64,000 bases of DNA. Source: Alphaproteobacteria bacterium. GTDB lineage: Bacteria > Pseudomonadota > Alphaproteobacteria > Rickettsiales > SXRF01. Shown here piece by piece: positions 27,187-36,047 of the stretch. The stretch is taken from contig JANRJW010000008.1 of the NCBI GenBank assembly GCA_033763775.1, forward strand, positions 7,256-71,255. The letters are read 5' to 3'. Position numbers and translations under genes: made by a program. Each line of letters starts with the position of its first letter. The first letter of the stretch is position 1. The notes under the pieces are model-generated. The model did not search any database and was not told where the DNA came from. It saw only the letters and a program-made list of their open reading frames with translations.

Positions 27187-27785
27187 TAAAGTGACCCTCC
27201 TAGCGTGCCTTTGGTCGAAGGAATGGCATCGCTCTTTCTCGGGTCAATCGCGCAGGCGGCGCGTAAAGAGCGGGCGAGCCCTTTGTAGCAGGATTCAACG
27301 ATATGGTGATTGTTCACGCCATAGAGATTTTCGACATGCAGCGTGATGCCGGAGGCAAAGGCAAAGGCCTGAAACCACTCGCGGAACAGCTCGGTGTCCA
27401 TCTCGCCCAGCTTGGGTTTGGAAAATTCCACCTTCCACACAAAATAAGGCCGGCCAGAAATATCCAGCGCCACGCGCGATAGCGTCTCGTCCATCGGGCT
27501 ATAGGCATGGGCGTAGCGCGTGATGCCCCGGCGCTCGCCGAGGGCTTTGGCGACCGCTTCGCCAATCGCGATGCCGGTATCTTCGGTGGTGTGGTGCTGG
27601 TCGATATGCAGGTCGCCCTTCGCGCTCACCGTAAGGTCGATCAGGCTGTGGCGCGAGAGCTGCTCAAGCATGTGATCCAGAAACCCGATGCCGGTGGAAA
27701 CGTTATATTCCCCAGTGCCGTCGAGATTCACCGTGACAGAAATCTCGGTTTCTTTGGTTTTTCGTTCTACGGTTGCGGTGCGCAT
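27186..27785 (-). CDS. hisB: Imidazoleglycerol-phosphate dehydratase
   Basis: [31 protein letters not shown] and HHIVES motifs. The start is set at MRTATVER, since the longer ORF reads through a repeat. Confidence 0.93.
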   Translation of the reverse strand: MRTATVERKTKETEISVTVNLDGTGEYNVSTGIGFLDHMLEQLSRHSLIDLTVSAKGDLHIDQHHTTEDTGIAIGEAVAKALGERRGITRYAHAYSPMDETLSRVALDISGRPYFVWKVEFSKPKLGEMDTELFREWFQAFAFASGITLHVENLYGVNNHHIVESCYKGLARSLRAACAIDPRKSDAIPSTKGTLGGSL

Positions 27786-27806
27786 TGGTTGTCTTTCAAG
27801 TGATAT

Positions 27807-27913
27807 TCCTCCCCCGCTTGCGGGGGAGGCTAGGTGGGGGTGATATGGCTCACTTAATCTCATTCCAAATGAGGTCACCCCCCTCTAACTCCCCCCGCAA
27901 GCGGGGGGAGAGC
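27807..27913. repeat. CCTCCCCCGC...GCGGGGGGAGAG-family composite element
   Basis: CCTCCCCCGCTTGCGGGGGAGG, then TAGGTGGGGGTGA...TCACCCCCCTCTAA, then CTCCCCCCGCAAGCGGGGGGAG. Same architecture as 20789-20905. Confidence 0.85.
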
Positions 27914-28080
27914 ATTAGTTGGCTGTTTTTAGCAGAAATCCTACCAAAAACAAGCCCATAATCCCTTATTTTCTAGGCGCAAATCCGCCGTCACCAAATC
28001 TTCACAAAACCCACCTTGCTTACCCCCCCCCCATTTGTTAAGATGCGTTAGTTTTTTCATTTTGTTGTCTGGGATGTATT

Positions 28081-28752
28081 ATGAGCAAAACTCAAAAGCC
28101 GCGTATAGTATTGAGTCTGAAAGATGAAACCAGAGATTTGCTCAATGATATTTTAGATTATGTCCCTGTGGTTACTGTTGAATCTAAACTCGACGAACAT
28201 TGCAAGCAATTACGCGACAAGGGATGTGACGAAGCGTATATTGAAAAATCCAAATCCCGTATGCTAAAGATTTACCATTCAAAAGGTTTTCAATTTACGG
28301 AGGATCACGCTAGAGATTTGCTTGTTTCACTGGCTGGGGAAAAGCAGCATCAAGGACACAAAAAGTTTTCTGAACCAGCCGGTTATCCTACGGTTTTCGA
28401 TGCGGCATGGGGGAAAAACTTTGTACTTACTACGCTGCAGCAAATCATCCGCTTTGAAGAAGGTCAAAGGTTTGATAGATTGCGCCACAGCAAGAAACAA
28501 CCTCCTGTAGTTGAGCATAGACAAAATATTAATCCATACTTGGATAAAGCTGCGGAAAATCTGATGTTAGAGGCTTCTGATGAACGCAGAGCACAATTAA
28601 AGGAAGCCGCTGAACTCGCTATGATCGACATAGAAAAAACTTTTGAAGAAATCTATCAACAGTCAAAACAAGATAAATCAGAAACAACACCATCAGGAAG
28701 CAATTGGGCCAACAAAACTGGTAACAAACCAGCTTCACGCGGAATAGGCTAA
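28081..28752 (+). CDS. Hypothetical protein (223 aa), AT-richer than its surroundings
   Basis: Long ORF with no recognisable motif. It is charged and helical-looking with a Lys/Gln-rich C-terminus. It sits in an AT-richer islet between hisB and lptG. Confidence 0.55.
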   Translation: MSKTQKPRIVLSLKDETRDLLNDILDYVPVVTVESKLDEHCKQLRDKGCDEAYIEKSKSRMLKIYHSKGFQFTEDHARDLLVSLAGEKQHQGHKKFSEPAGYPTVFDAAWGKNFVLTTLQQIIRFEEGQRFDRLRHSKKQPPVVEHRQNINPYLDKAAENLMLEASDERRAQLKEAAELAMIDIEKTFEEIYQQSKQDKSETTPSGSNWANKTGNKPASRGIG

Positions 28753-28789
28753 CCTCCTTCAGCCCCACCGCCGCTGGTCATACTTGCCA

Positions 28790-28822
28790 CAAAAAACATA
28801 GCCCCGCCGTAAAGGGCGGGGC
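28790..28822 (-). terminator. Rho-independent terminator for the PemK-like gene
   Basis: GCCCCGCC (28801-28808) pairs with GGCGGGGC (28815-28822). On the minus strand the hairpin is followed by TATGTTTTTTGT. Confidence 0.7.
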
Positions 28823-28866
28823 CGCAAGTCCGTTTCCGGATGACGCAAACATCATATCATAACGGC

Positions 28867-29253
28867 TTAGACAAAGTCAAGATAAGCCCTAACCGATTGG
28901 CAAACCAGATTGAAATCATCAGCAGAAATCGATGGGGTTAAAAAAGCCTCCCCTACCCTGATGCGATCCAGCCTCTTGAGTGCGACGGTGTAGATCATAT
29001 CCGCCTTAACCCAGCTATCATCCTGCTGACTCAGAAACCGATATTTGGCTGCCGGAATCCTTGAGTGAAAATCCTCAATATATTCCGGCACGCGAGTGCT
29101 GATCGGAACCACGGTACAAATGCCGCGCTTGTTTTGCTGATAAGGTGAGATCACAATCACACGCCGCTTCTTCACCATTTCCGGCGGTATGAAGCCTGTA
29201 TTGAAATCGCAAATCAGTACCATGCCCGGCTTAGGGTGAAAGGTTATCGCCAT
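28867..29253 (-). CDS. PemK/MazF-superfamily protein (YifN-like), no adjacent antitoxin
   Basis: The N-terminal PKPGMVLICDFNTGFIPPEMVKKRRVIVISP follows the PemK pattern P-x-G-x-v-x-x-dF...E-x-x-K-x-R-P-x-v-V-x-S. Size is 128 aa. Confidence 0.6.
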   Translation of the reverse strand: MAITFHPKPGMVLICDFNTGFIPPEMVKKRRVIVISPYQQNKRGICTVVPISTRVPEYIEDFHSRIPAAKYRFLSQQDDSWVKADMIYTVALKRLDRIRVGEAFLTPSISADDFNLVCQSVRAYLDFV

Positions 29254-29268
29254 AACTCAACTCTCGCG

Positions 29269-30366
29269 TTAACCATCTTCAACCTGCAGCAGCAGTGCGG
29301 TGCCAATCATCGCCACCACCAGCGCCGGTGTCCATGCCGCAAGTGCCACTGGAAGCGTGCCGGCAGCGCCGAGTGCGTGAATGAGGTCGGTGAAGAAATG
29401 CATCAGAAAGCCGGTTAAAACCCCTGCCACCACCAAAATGCCAACCTTGCCGCGGCGCGGCAGGCGCAGCGAAAAAATCGCAGCAATCAGCACCGTGGCG
29501 GCCAGCAAAAACGGGCTGGCCAGCAGGCTCTGCCAGTGAAGCTGATGCTTAAGGGCTGAAAAACCTGCATTTTCAAGCATCACCATAAAGGACGGCAGCG
29601 CCCAGAACGACATGGTTTCCGGCGAGGCGAAGCTGTCCTGAATGTAGCTGAGTGTGAGGGTGGTCGGAATTTCAAACCGGGCAATTGGCTGCGGCGGCCT
29701 GCCGGGAATAGAGCGAGTGACATCGATCAGTACTAATCTACCGGTCTCGAGCACGGCCTGCTTGGCATCGAGACGCTCCTTGAAGGTTTTGTCCTTGCCA
29801 AAGCTGAAGATCACCACATTCGCAAACGACATATCGCTCTGGGAAATACGCAGGGCATGAATAATATGTTCATCGCCATCCCCCTCAATCTGCCTGAGCC
29901 ACAGCCCGGAAGCAGAGACAGCAAGCAAGCTGGGCTGGCCAGTCAAATAGCGGCCTTCCACCTGCTCAAAACGCAGCAGCAACGCAGAGGCCAGCGGGTT
30001 AAAGACCGTGGTCATGAAAGCGCCAAGCGCCAGCACCACCACCATTGCCGGATAAAGAAACTGCCAGACAGACACGCCCGCCGCACGCACCACCACCAGC
30101 TCCTGCGTGCGCGTCAGGCGGGTGAGCGAGAGCATGCTACCGATAAGCACCGCATATGGCAGCAGCTTTTCCGCCATGCTGGGCAGCTTCAGCGCGGACA
30201 TCTGCAGAATCACAATAAATGGGACATTGTCGCGGCCGGAGGCGCGGCGCAGCAGCTCCACCACATCGACCAGCATGCTGATCGCAAGCAGGCCAAACAG
30301 CGCCAGCATGATGCTCTGCAGAAAATGCTTGCCAATATAGGCGGAAAGCGTCCAGGGCAGTCTCAT
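29269..30366 (-). CDS. lptG: LPS export ABC transporter permease
   Basis: YjgP/YjgQ-type 6-TM permease with a central periplasmic domain. It overlaps lptF by 4 nt. The order pepA<>lptF-lptG matches E. coli. Confidence 0.82.
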   Translation of the reverse strand: MRLPWTLSAYIGKHFLQSIMLALFGLLAISMLVDVVELLRRASGRDNVPFIVILQMSALKLPSMAEKLLPYAVLIGSMLSLTRLTRTQELVVVRAAGVSVWQFLYPAMVVVLALGAFMTTVFNPLASALLLRFEQVEGRYLTGQPSLLAVSASGLWLRQIEGDGDEHIIHALRISQSDMSFANVVIFSFGKDKTFKERLDAKQAVLETGRLVLIDVTRSIPGRPPQPIARFEIPTTLTLSYIQDSFASPETMSFWALPSFMVMLENAGFSALKHQLHWQSLLASPFLLAATVLIAAIFSLRLPRRGKVGILVVAGVLTGFLMHFFTDLIHALGAAGTLPVALAAWTPALVVAMIGTALLLQVEDG

Positions 30367-31457
30367 GCCGCCCTCCGATCCGGCCAGAGACGCCGGCCAC
30401 TGAGGCTGGCCATCGCTGCCGCCAGCGGCAAGGCAAAGGCGAGATAATACACCACAATCATCGAGGCATGGTTAGCAATCACGCCGCGCAGCCCCACCTG
30501 CGCAAACAGCCACACCACCGCCACCGCTACCGCCACCGCCAGTGGCCGCCAATGGCCGCGACGGTTAAACTCGCTGGCAAGCATGACAGCCAGCGCGGCC
30601 AGCGCAACACCGAGGCTGAGCGCCGGCCATAAAATGCGCTGGTGGCCTTCGGCGCGGCGCTTCATCTGCTCCTGCGGCGAGGCTGTGTCATCGACAGCAA
30701 ACAGCTCATGCACAAACATTTCCTGCGGGTCGCGGTAGCGCTGGCCGCTTTGCTGCGTGTACAGGCTGATATCAAGGGTGTAATTGTCAAAATTCAGAAA
30801 TGAGAGCCGGCCATTTTCGACTTCCTGACGGTTGCCTTTCAGCATGATAAAGCGCGGCCCCTGCGGGGTTTGCACCAGCTTGCCTTCTTGCGCCATCATG
30901 GTGATGTTTTTGTCCGGCGTGCGGTTATCATGCACCAGAATGCCATAGAGAATGTTATTATCATCACGCTCGCGGATAAACACGGTCAGACCCGCTACCG
31001 GGCTGGAAAACACCCCCTCCTGCAGCAGGATCGAGGCGTAATTATTGCGAAGGAAAAACTGCATTTCCTTGAATTCCCGGTAAGTGACTGGCTGCAGGTA
31101 AAACGCAATCACGTAGCCCAGCAAGGTTGTTATCCCCGCCACCATCAGCACCGGCTTTGCCAGCGCCCACTTGGAAAGGCCAGCCGCCTGCAGTACCACC
31201 AGCTCACTGTCGATTTTCAGTTTGTTATACACAAACAACACCGAGCAGAGCATGGCCGGCGGCAGAATCATCAGCAGCAGCGACGGCACGAGCAGCAGCG
31301 TCAGGGTGACAAAAATAAGAATCGACACACCCTGACTGACAATCACATCAATAAAGCGCAGCGCTTGCGTCAGCCAGACGATGCTGGTAAGGCTGATGGT
31401 AATCAGCAACATAGAGTGCGCCAGCATGCGCATGATATAGATGTTGTAACGTTCCAT
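30363..31457 (-). CDS. lptF: LPS export ABC transporter permease
   Basis: YjgP/YjgQ family, divergent from pepA. Confidence 0.82.
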   Translation of the reverse strand: MERYNIYIMRMLAHSMLLITISLTSIVWLTQALRFIDVIVSQGVSILIFVTLTLLLVPSLLLMILPPAMLCSVLFVYNKLKIDSELVVLQAAGLSKWALAKPVLMVAGITTLLGYVIAFYLQPVTYREFKEMQFFLRNNYASILLQEGVFSSPVAGLTVFIRERDDNNILYGILVHDNRTPDKNITMMAQEGKLVQTPQGPRFIMLKGNRQEVENGRLSFLNFDNYTLDISLYTQQSGQRYRDPQEMFVHELFAVDDTASPQEQMKRRAEGHQRILWPALSLGVALAALAVMLASEFNRRGHWRPLAVAVAVAVVWLFAQVGLRGVIANHASMIVVYYLAFALPLAAAMASLSGRRLWPDRRAA

Positions 31458-31499
31458 TCTTCATCCTTAGCCTTATTGAATCTTAAAGGAAAGCCCCCT

Positions 31500-33038
31500 A
31501 TGCAGATCAGATTCACCGAACGCTCCAGCGCCCTCGTCGATAAGGTGATGATTTACCTCATCGCCGATGACCTTAAACTTTCCAGCGAAGCAAAGGCGAT
31601 TGACCAGAAAGCAAGCGGCCTGATCAGCAAAGCAATCAAAACCAGCCAGTTTAAAGGCAAGCGCGGCACGCACCTTGCCATCGCGCTGGCGGGCGGCGCA
31701 CGCGCGGACTATGCCCTGCTCTGCGGTATCGGCAGCCTCAAGGATTTGAGCGAACATGCGTGGGAAAAAATCGGTGGCAGCTGCGTGCCGAAGCTCAATT
31801 CCTTGCGCGCAAGCTCTGCCACGCTGGTGATAGAAAACGCCAAAATAGGCACATTTTCTGCGGCTGATATCGCCGCGCGCATCGCCCATGGCGCGCATCT
31901 TCGCAGCTTCACCTTTGATAAATATTTCACCAAAAAAACCGCTGATGACAAACCAACCCTGAAGGTTTTTGCCGTAGCGCTGACGGGCAGCAAAGCCGCT
32001 GCCAAGCCCTACAGCGAGCTGGAAAAGCTGGCCGAAGGGGTGTTTTTCACCCGCGAAGTGGTTTCGGAACCTGCCAACATCATCCACCCCGAATCGCTCG
32101 CTGAGCGCTGCCTGGAGCTGAAAAAACTCGGCGTGGAGGTCGAAATTTTCGGCGAACCAGAAATGCACAAGATGGGCTTTGGTGCGCTGCTTGGCGTGGG
32201 CCAGGGCTCGGTGCGCGAATCGCAGATGGTCATCATGCGCTATCATGGCCTGCCTACGCCGAAGCGAAGCTCCGGCTTCGCGCAGGCAGGCGCAGGCAGA
32301 GGCAAAGCCGCCCCACTCGCCTTCATTGGCAAGGGCGTGACGTTTGACACGGGCGGCATCTCCATCAAGCCGGCAGGCGGCATGGAAGAAATGAAATGGG
32401 ACATGGGCGGCGCCGGCACCGTCATCGGCCTGATGAAGGCGCTGGCTGGCCGCAAAGCCAAGGTGAATGTGGTCGGCGCGGTGGGGCTGGTGGAAAACAT
32501 GCCCGACGGCAACGCCCAGCGCCCGGGCGATGTGGTAACCAGCTATTCCGGCCAGACAATCGAAGTCCTCAACACCGATGCAGAAGGCCGCCTCGTGCTC
32601 GCGGATGTACTGTGGTATGTGCAGAAACACTTCAAGCCCAGCGCCATGATTGATCTTGCGACCTTAACCGGCGCGATCATTGTCGCGCTTGGCACGTCGC
32701 GCGCAGGCCTCTTTTCCAACAACGACAAGCTTGCTGAACAACTCTTTAAAGCAGGTGAAAAAACCGGTGAGGAAGTCTGGCGTCTGCCGCTTGGCAAAGT
32801 CTATGATGAGCAGATTAACTCTGATATCGCCGACATGCAGAATATCGGCCGCGACCGCGAGGCCGGCTCCATCACCGCCGCGCAGTTTCTGCAGCGTTTT
32901 GTGAATGATGTGCCGTGGGCGCATCTGGATATCGCCGGCACCGCCTGGAGCAAAAAAGCCAGCGAGATCTATGACAAAGGCGCAACCGCCTACGGCGTGC
33001 GCCTCTTGAATGAGTGGGTGAAAGAGAATTATGAATAG
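31500..33038 (+). CDS. pepA: Leucyl aminopeptidase (M17)
   Basis: GKGVTFDTGGISIKP, NTDAEGRLVLAD and DLATLTGA motifs. The start is set at MQIRFTERSS after AAAGGAAAG. The upstream ORF-track extension is antisense to lptF. Confidence 0.93.
   Translation: MQIRFTERSSALVDKVMIYLIADDLKLSSEAKAIDQKASGLISKAIKTSQFKGKRGTHLAIALAGGARADYALLCGIGSLKDLSEHAWEKIGGSCVPKLNSLRASSATLVIENAKIGTFSAADIAARIAHGAHLRSFTFDKYFTKKTADDKPTLKVFAVALTGSKAAAKPYSELEKLAEGVFFTREVVSEPANIIHPESLAERCLELKKLGVEVEIFGEPEMHKMGFGALLGVGQGSVRESQMVIMRYHGLPTPKRSSGFAQAGAGRGKAAPLAFIGKGVTFDTGGISIKPAGGMEEMKWDMGGAGTVIGLMKALAGRKAKVNVVGAVGLVENMPDGNAQRPGDVVTSYSGQTIEVLNTDAEGRLVLADVLWYVQKHFKPSAMIDLATLTGAIIVALGTSRAGLFSNNDKLAEQLFKAGEKTGEEVWRLPLGKVYDEQINSDIADMQNIGRDREAGSITAAQFLQRFVNDVPWAHLDIAGTAWSKKASEIYDKGATAYGVRLLNEWVKENYE
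32248..32291. repeat. CCTACGC...GGCTTCGC palindromic element inside pepA
   Basis: GCCTGCCT (32248-32255) pairs with AGGCAGGC (32284-32291), and CGAAGC (32260-32265) pairs with GCTTCG (32275-32280). A related intergenic copy lies at 39006-39038. Confidence 0.65.
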
Positions 33039-33045
33039 TAAGCGC

Positions 33046-33160
33046 TGTCATCCCGTGACGTTTGTCAGTAGACAAACGTGCACGGGATCCAGAAAAGAAA
33101 CATGTCAGCAGACATGTTTCGTCAATATAAAAACGTGGATCCCGGCCCTCGCCGGGATGA
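33046..33160. repeat. Long-form GTCATCC...GGGATGAC multi-hairpin element
   Basis: GTCATCCCGTGACGTTTGTCagtaGACAAACGTGCACGGGATCC ... GAAACATGTCagcaGACATGTTTC ... GGATCCCGGCCCTCGCCGGGATGAC. It fills the pepA-holC spacer. Confidence 0.88.
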
Positions 33161-33164
33161 CAAC

Positions 33165-33614
33165 ATGACCCAGATCTCCTTCTACCATCTGACCGCTACT
33201 GCACTCGATCAGGCGCTGCCCAAGCTGCTCGAAAAAGCCTATGGCAGCGGGCTGCGCGCGCATGTGTGGTGTGAGTCTGAAGCGCGAATGGAGCAGCTGA
33301 ATACGCTGCTATGGACGTATGATCCGGCAAGTTTTCTGCCTCATGGTAGTGAAAAAGAGCCGCATCCGGAGCTTCAGCCAGTGCTGCTTGGCACTGAGGA
33401 AAACGCTGCCAATCAGGCACCGGCACTATTCATCACCCACGGGCAGACGGTTGTAAATCCTACCTCTTTCGATCGCGTGTTCGATCTGTTTGACGGCAAA
33501 GATAGCGCCGCCACCGACGCCGCGCGCGCGCGCTGGAAGCATTACAAAGACCAAGGCCTCACCCTTTCCTATTTCAAACAGACACCCGCAGGCGGCTGGG
33601 AGAAGGCGGCGTAA
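33165..33614 (+). CDS. holC: DNA polymerase III chi subunit
   Basis: MTQISFYHL...LLEKAYGSGLRAHVWC is a typical chi N-terminus. The protein is 149 aa, and its position downstream of pepA is conserved. Confidence 0.8.
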   Translation: MTQISFYHLTATALDQALPKLLEKAYGSGLRAHVWCESEARMEQLNTLLWTYDPASFLPHGSEKEPHPELQPVLLGTEENAANQAPALFITHGQTVVNPTSFDRVFDLFDGKDSAATDAARARWKHYKDQGLTLSYFKQTPAGGWEKAA

Positions 33615-34348
33615 TGGAACGACAGCTTTACCAGCAGATGGCAGTGAGCGAAGATACGCATTGGTGGTTTGCGGCACGTCGAAGCATGGTTCGTGCGCTG
33701 CTGTGCAAAGCACCGAGAGTTGACCATGCCGAGCTTTTAGATGCAGGATGCGGTACTGGCGGCAACCTCGCCATGCTCTCAGAATTTGGCAAGGTTTATG
33801 GCTTTGAATATGATGACGAGGCGCGTGGACATGCAAAAGCGCGCGGTATTTGCACTATTGAGGCAGGTAGCCTGCCAAACGGCGTTCCATTTGATGGCAT
33901 CACATTTGATGGCATTTTACTGACCGATGTGCTCGAGCATATCGATGATGATAATACTACGCTTGCCTCCCTGTCTAAGCGCCTTAAACCTGGCGGGTGG
34001 CTGATCATCACTGTGCCCGCTTTTTCTTTTTTATGGACACATCACGATGTACAAAACCACCATAAGCGGCGCTACCTCAAGGCCGAGCTGGAAAGTAAAT
34101 TAGCGCAGGCCGGCTTTCACCTTACCTATTCAAGCTACTGCTTCCTGACTATTTTTCCGCTCGCACTGCTTGCGGCGTGGTGTGAAAAGCTTGGCATCGC
34201 TGGTCTCAGGGAAACCGGCCTGAAACAGCCCCACCCGCTGATCAACAGCATGCTGCGCCTTGTTGCCTCGCTGGATGTGCTGTTTATTCGCTTAGGAATC
34301 ACTCTCCCAATCGGTGTTTCCTGCATTGCACTGGCGAGAAAATCCTGA
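33614..34348 (+). CDS. Class I SAM-dependent methyltransferase
   Basis: Motif I LLDAGCGTGGNLAML and post-I FEYDDEA. Confidence 0.8.
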   Translation: MERQLYQQMAVSEDTHWWFAARRSMVRALLCKAPRVDHAELLDAGCGTGGNLAMLSEFGKVYGFEYDDEARGHAKARGICTIEAGSLPNGVPFDGITFDGILLTDVLEHIDDDNTTLASLSKRLKPGGWLIITVPAFSFLWTHHDVQNHHKRRYLKAELESKLAQAGFHLTYSSYCFLTIFPLALLAAWCEKLGIAGLRETGLKQPHPLINSMLRLVASLDVLFIRLGITLPIGVSCIALARKS

Positions 34349-34349
34349 C

Positions 34350-35981
34350 ATGTCCGCTCACCTGAATCGCCGCACCTTTGCTATCATCTCCCACCCTGAT
34401 GCGGGGAAGACAACGCTCACTGAAAAGCTACTGCTGTTTGGCGGGGCGATTCATCTGGCCGGTGCGGTCAAAGCCAAAAAAGGTGGCAAATCCGCAACCT
34501 CCGACTGGATGGCGATTGAGCAGCAGCGCGGTATTTCGGTCACCGCGTCGGTGATGACGTTTGAATATAACGGCCACACCATCAACCTGCTGGACACGCC
34601 CGGCCATAAAGATTTTTCGGAAGACACCTACCGCACGCTCACCGCCGTGGACTCCGCCGTGATGGTGCTGGACGGCGCGAAGGGCATCGAGGAGCAGACC
34701 TATAAACTCTTCGAAGTCTGCCGCCTGCGCGATACGCCGATTACCACCTTCATCAACAAAATGGATCGCGAAACACGCGAGCCGTTTGAGCTGCTTGATG
34801 AAATTGAAAGCCGATTGCAGCTTTCCGTCTGCCCGATCACCTGGCCGATCGGCATGGGCGAGCGCTTCCGCGGTTGTTTTAACCTTGTGAGCGACACGCT
34901 CTATCTGTTTGATGCCGGCGTAAACCCCTTCTCCCCCCGCCTGCGGGGGGAGCCAGAGGGGGTTGATCACCCCCCCTTCCCCCCCGCAGGCGGGGGGGTA
35001 ATAAAATATACCAGCGCAGATGACCCGGCGCTGGACGATGTTATTCCGGAAGCGGAACTGAAAAAATTCCGCGAAGAAGTAGCGATGGTTAAGGCGATTT
35101 ACCCACCCTTTAACCGCGAGCATTTCCTGGAAGGCCATGTCACGCCTGTGTTTTTTGGTAGCGCGGTGAATAACTTCGGAGTTCGCGAGCTGCTTAGCGC
35201 CATCTGCGACTATGCCCCCTCGCCCCGCCTGCAGAAAACCGAGACGCGCGAGGTGGCGCCTGAGGAGCCGAAATTCACCGGCTTTGTGTTTAAAATTCAG
35301 GCGAACATGGATAAGAACCACCGCGACCGCATCGCCTTTGTGCGGGTCTGCTCCGGAAAATATACACGCGGCATGAAAGTGCTGCATGTAAGAAGCGGCA
35401 AGACACTGGCGCTCAATAACCCTGTTTTGTTTCTGGCGCGTGAGCGCGAGCTGGCCGAAGAAGCCTGGCCGGGCGATATTCTCGGTATTCCCGGCCATGG
35501 CCACCTGCATATCGGTGATGCGCTGACCGAGGGTGAAAAGCTCTACTTCACCGGCATTCCAAGCTTTGCGCCCGAGCTTTTCCAGCGTGTGCGGCTGGAA
35601 GACCCGCTGAAATCCAAGCAGCTCAAGGAAGCGCTCACCCAGCTTTCCGAAGAAGGCGCCTCACAGATTTTCAAACCGCTCGATGGCAGCCCGTGGATTT
35701 TAGGGGTGGTGGGCGCGCTGCAGTTTGATGTGATTGCCTCGCGCCTAGCCGCCGAATATGGCGTGAAGGGCAGTTTTGAAGCCGTCTCCTACACCGCCGC
35801 GCGCTGGCTGAAAGCGAAAGACCAGAAAACGCTCGATGATTTCTTGAGCAAAAATAAATTCAGCACCGCCGAGGATGCGACCGGCCAGCTGGCCTACCTC
35901 GCACCAAACGCATGGCATCTAGAGCGCATTCAGAAAGACTTTCCCGAGATTGAGTTTTTAAGGACAAGAGAGAATCGGTAA
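34350..35981 (+). CDS. prfC: Peptide chain release factor 3, carrying a ~24-codon repeat insertion
   Basis: RRTFAIISHPDAGKTTLTEKLL, DTPGHKDF, NKMDR and FKIQANMD motifs. Confidence 0.96.
   Translation: MSAHLNRRTFAIISHPDAGKTTLTEKLLLFGGAIHLAGAVKAKKGGKSATSDWMAIEQQRGISVTASVMTFEYNGHTINLLDTPGHKDFSEDTYRTLTAVDSAVMVLDGAKGIEEQTYKLFEVCRLRDTPITTFINKMDRETREPFELLDEIESRLQLSVCPITWPIGMGERFRGCFNLVSDTLYLFDAGVNPFSPRLRGEPEGVDHPPFPPAGGGVIKYTSADDPALDDVIPEAELKKFREEVAMVKAIYPPFNREHFLEGHVTPVFFGSAVNNFGVRELLSAICDYAPSPRLQKTETREVAPEEPKFTGFVFKIQANMDKNHRDRIAFVRVCSGKYTRGMKVLHVRSGKTLALNNPVLFLARERELAEEAWPGDILGIPGHGHLHIGDALTEGEKLYFTGIPSFAPELFQRVRLEDPLKSKQLKEALTQLSEEGASQIFKPLDGSPWILGVVGALQFDVIASRLAAEYGVKGSFEAVSYTAARWLKAKDQKTLDDFLSKNKFSTAEDATGQLAYLAPNAWHLERIQKDFPEIEFLRTRENR
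34929..34999. repeat. Compact CTCCCCCCGC-family element inside prfC
   Basis: CTCCCCCCGC (34931-34940) pairs with GCGGGGGGAG (34943-34952), followed by AGGGGGTTGATCACCCCCC and CCCCCCCGCAGGCGGGGGGG. It translates as PFSPRLRGEPEGVDHPPFPPAGGG. Confidence 0.85.
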
Positions 35982-36047
35982 ATTTAATGGATTGTACTTT
36001 CCCATAAAAAGAACTAGAGAGTTCGAAAATTTATCAGCAGGAGTATT

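Noticed and set aside
31473-32630. Long antisense ORFs such as 31473..32630 (385 aa), 34428..35510 (360 aa), 7617..8480, 9724..10533, 14994..15629, 49275..50024, 50652..51371, 29857..30447 and 62648..63133.
   Set aside because: Each lies opposite a gene with unmistakable family motifs (pepA, prfC, oxidoreductase, CFA synthase, icd, nrdJ, lptG, dnaG). Their translations are Arg/Ala/Gly/His-rich with low complexity, typical of shadow ORFs in GC-rich DNA.
35982-36047. Expected yybP-ykoY (Mn) riboswitch upstream of the TerC-family gene.
   Set aside because: The spacer is only 66 bp and shows none of the conserved riboswitch segments.
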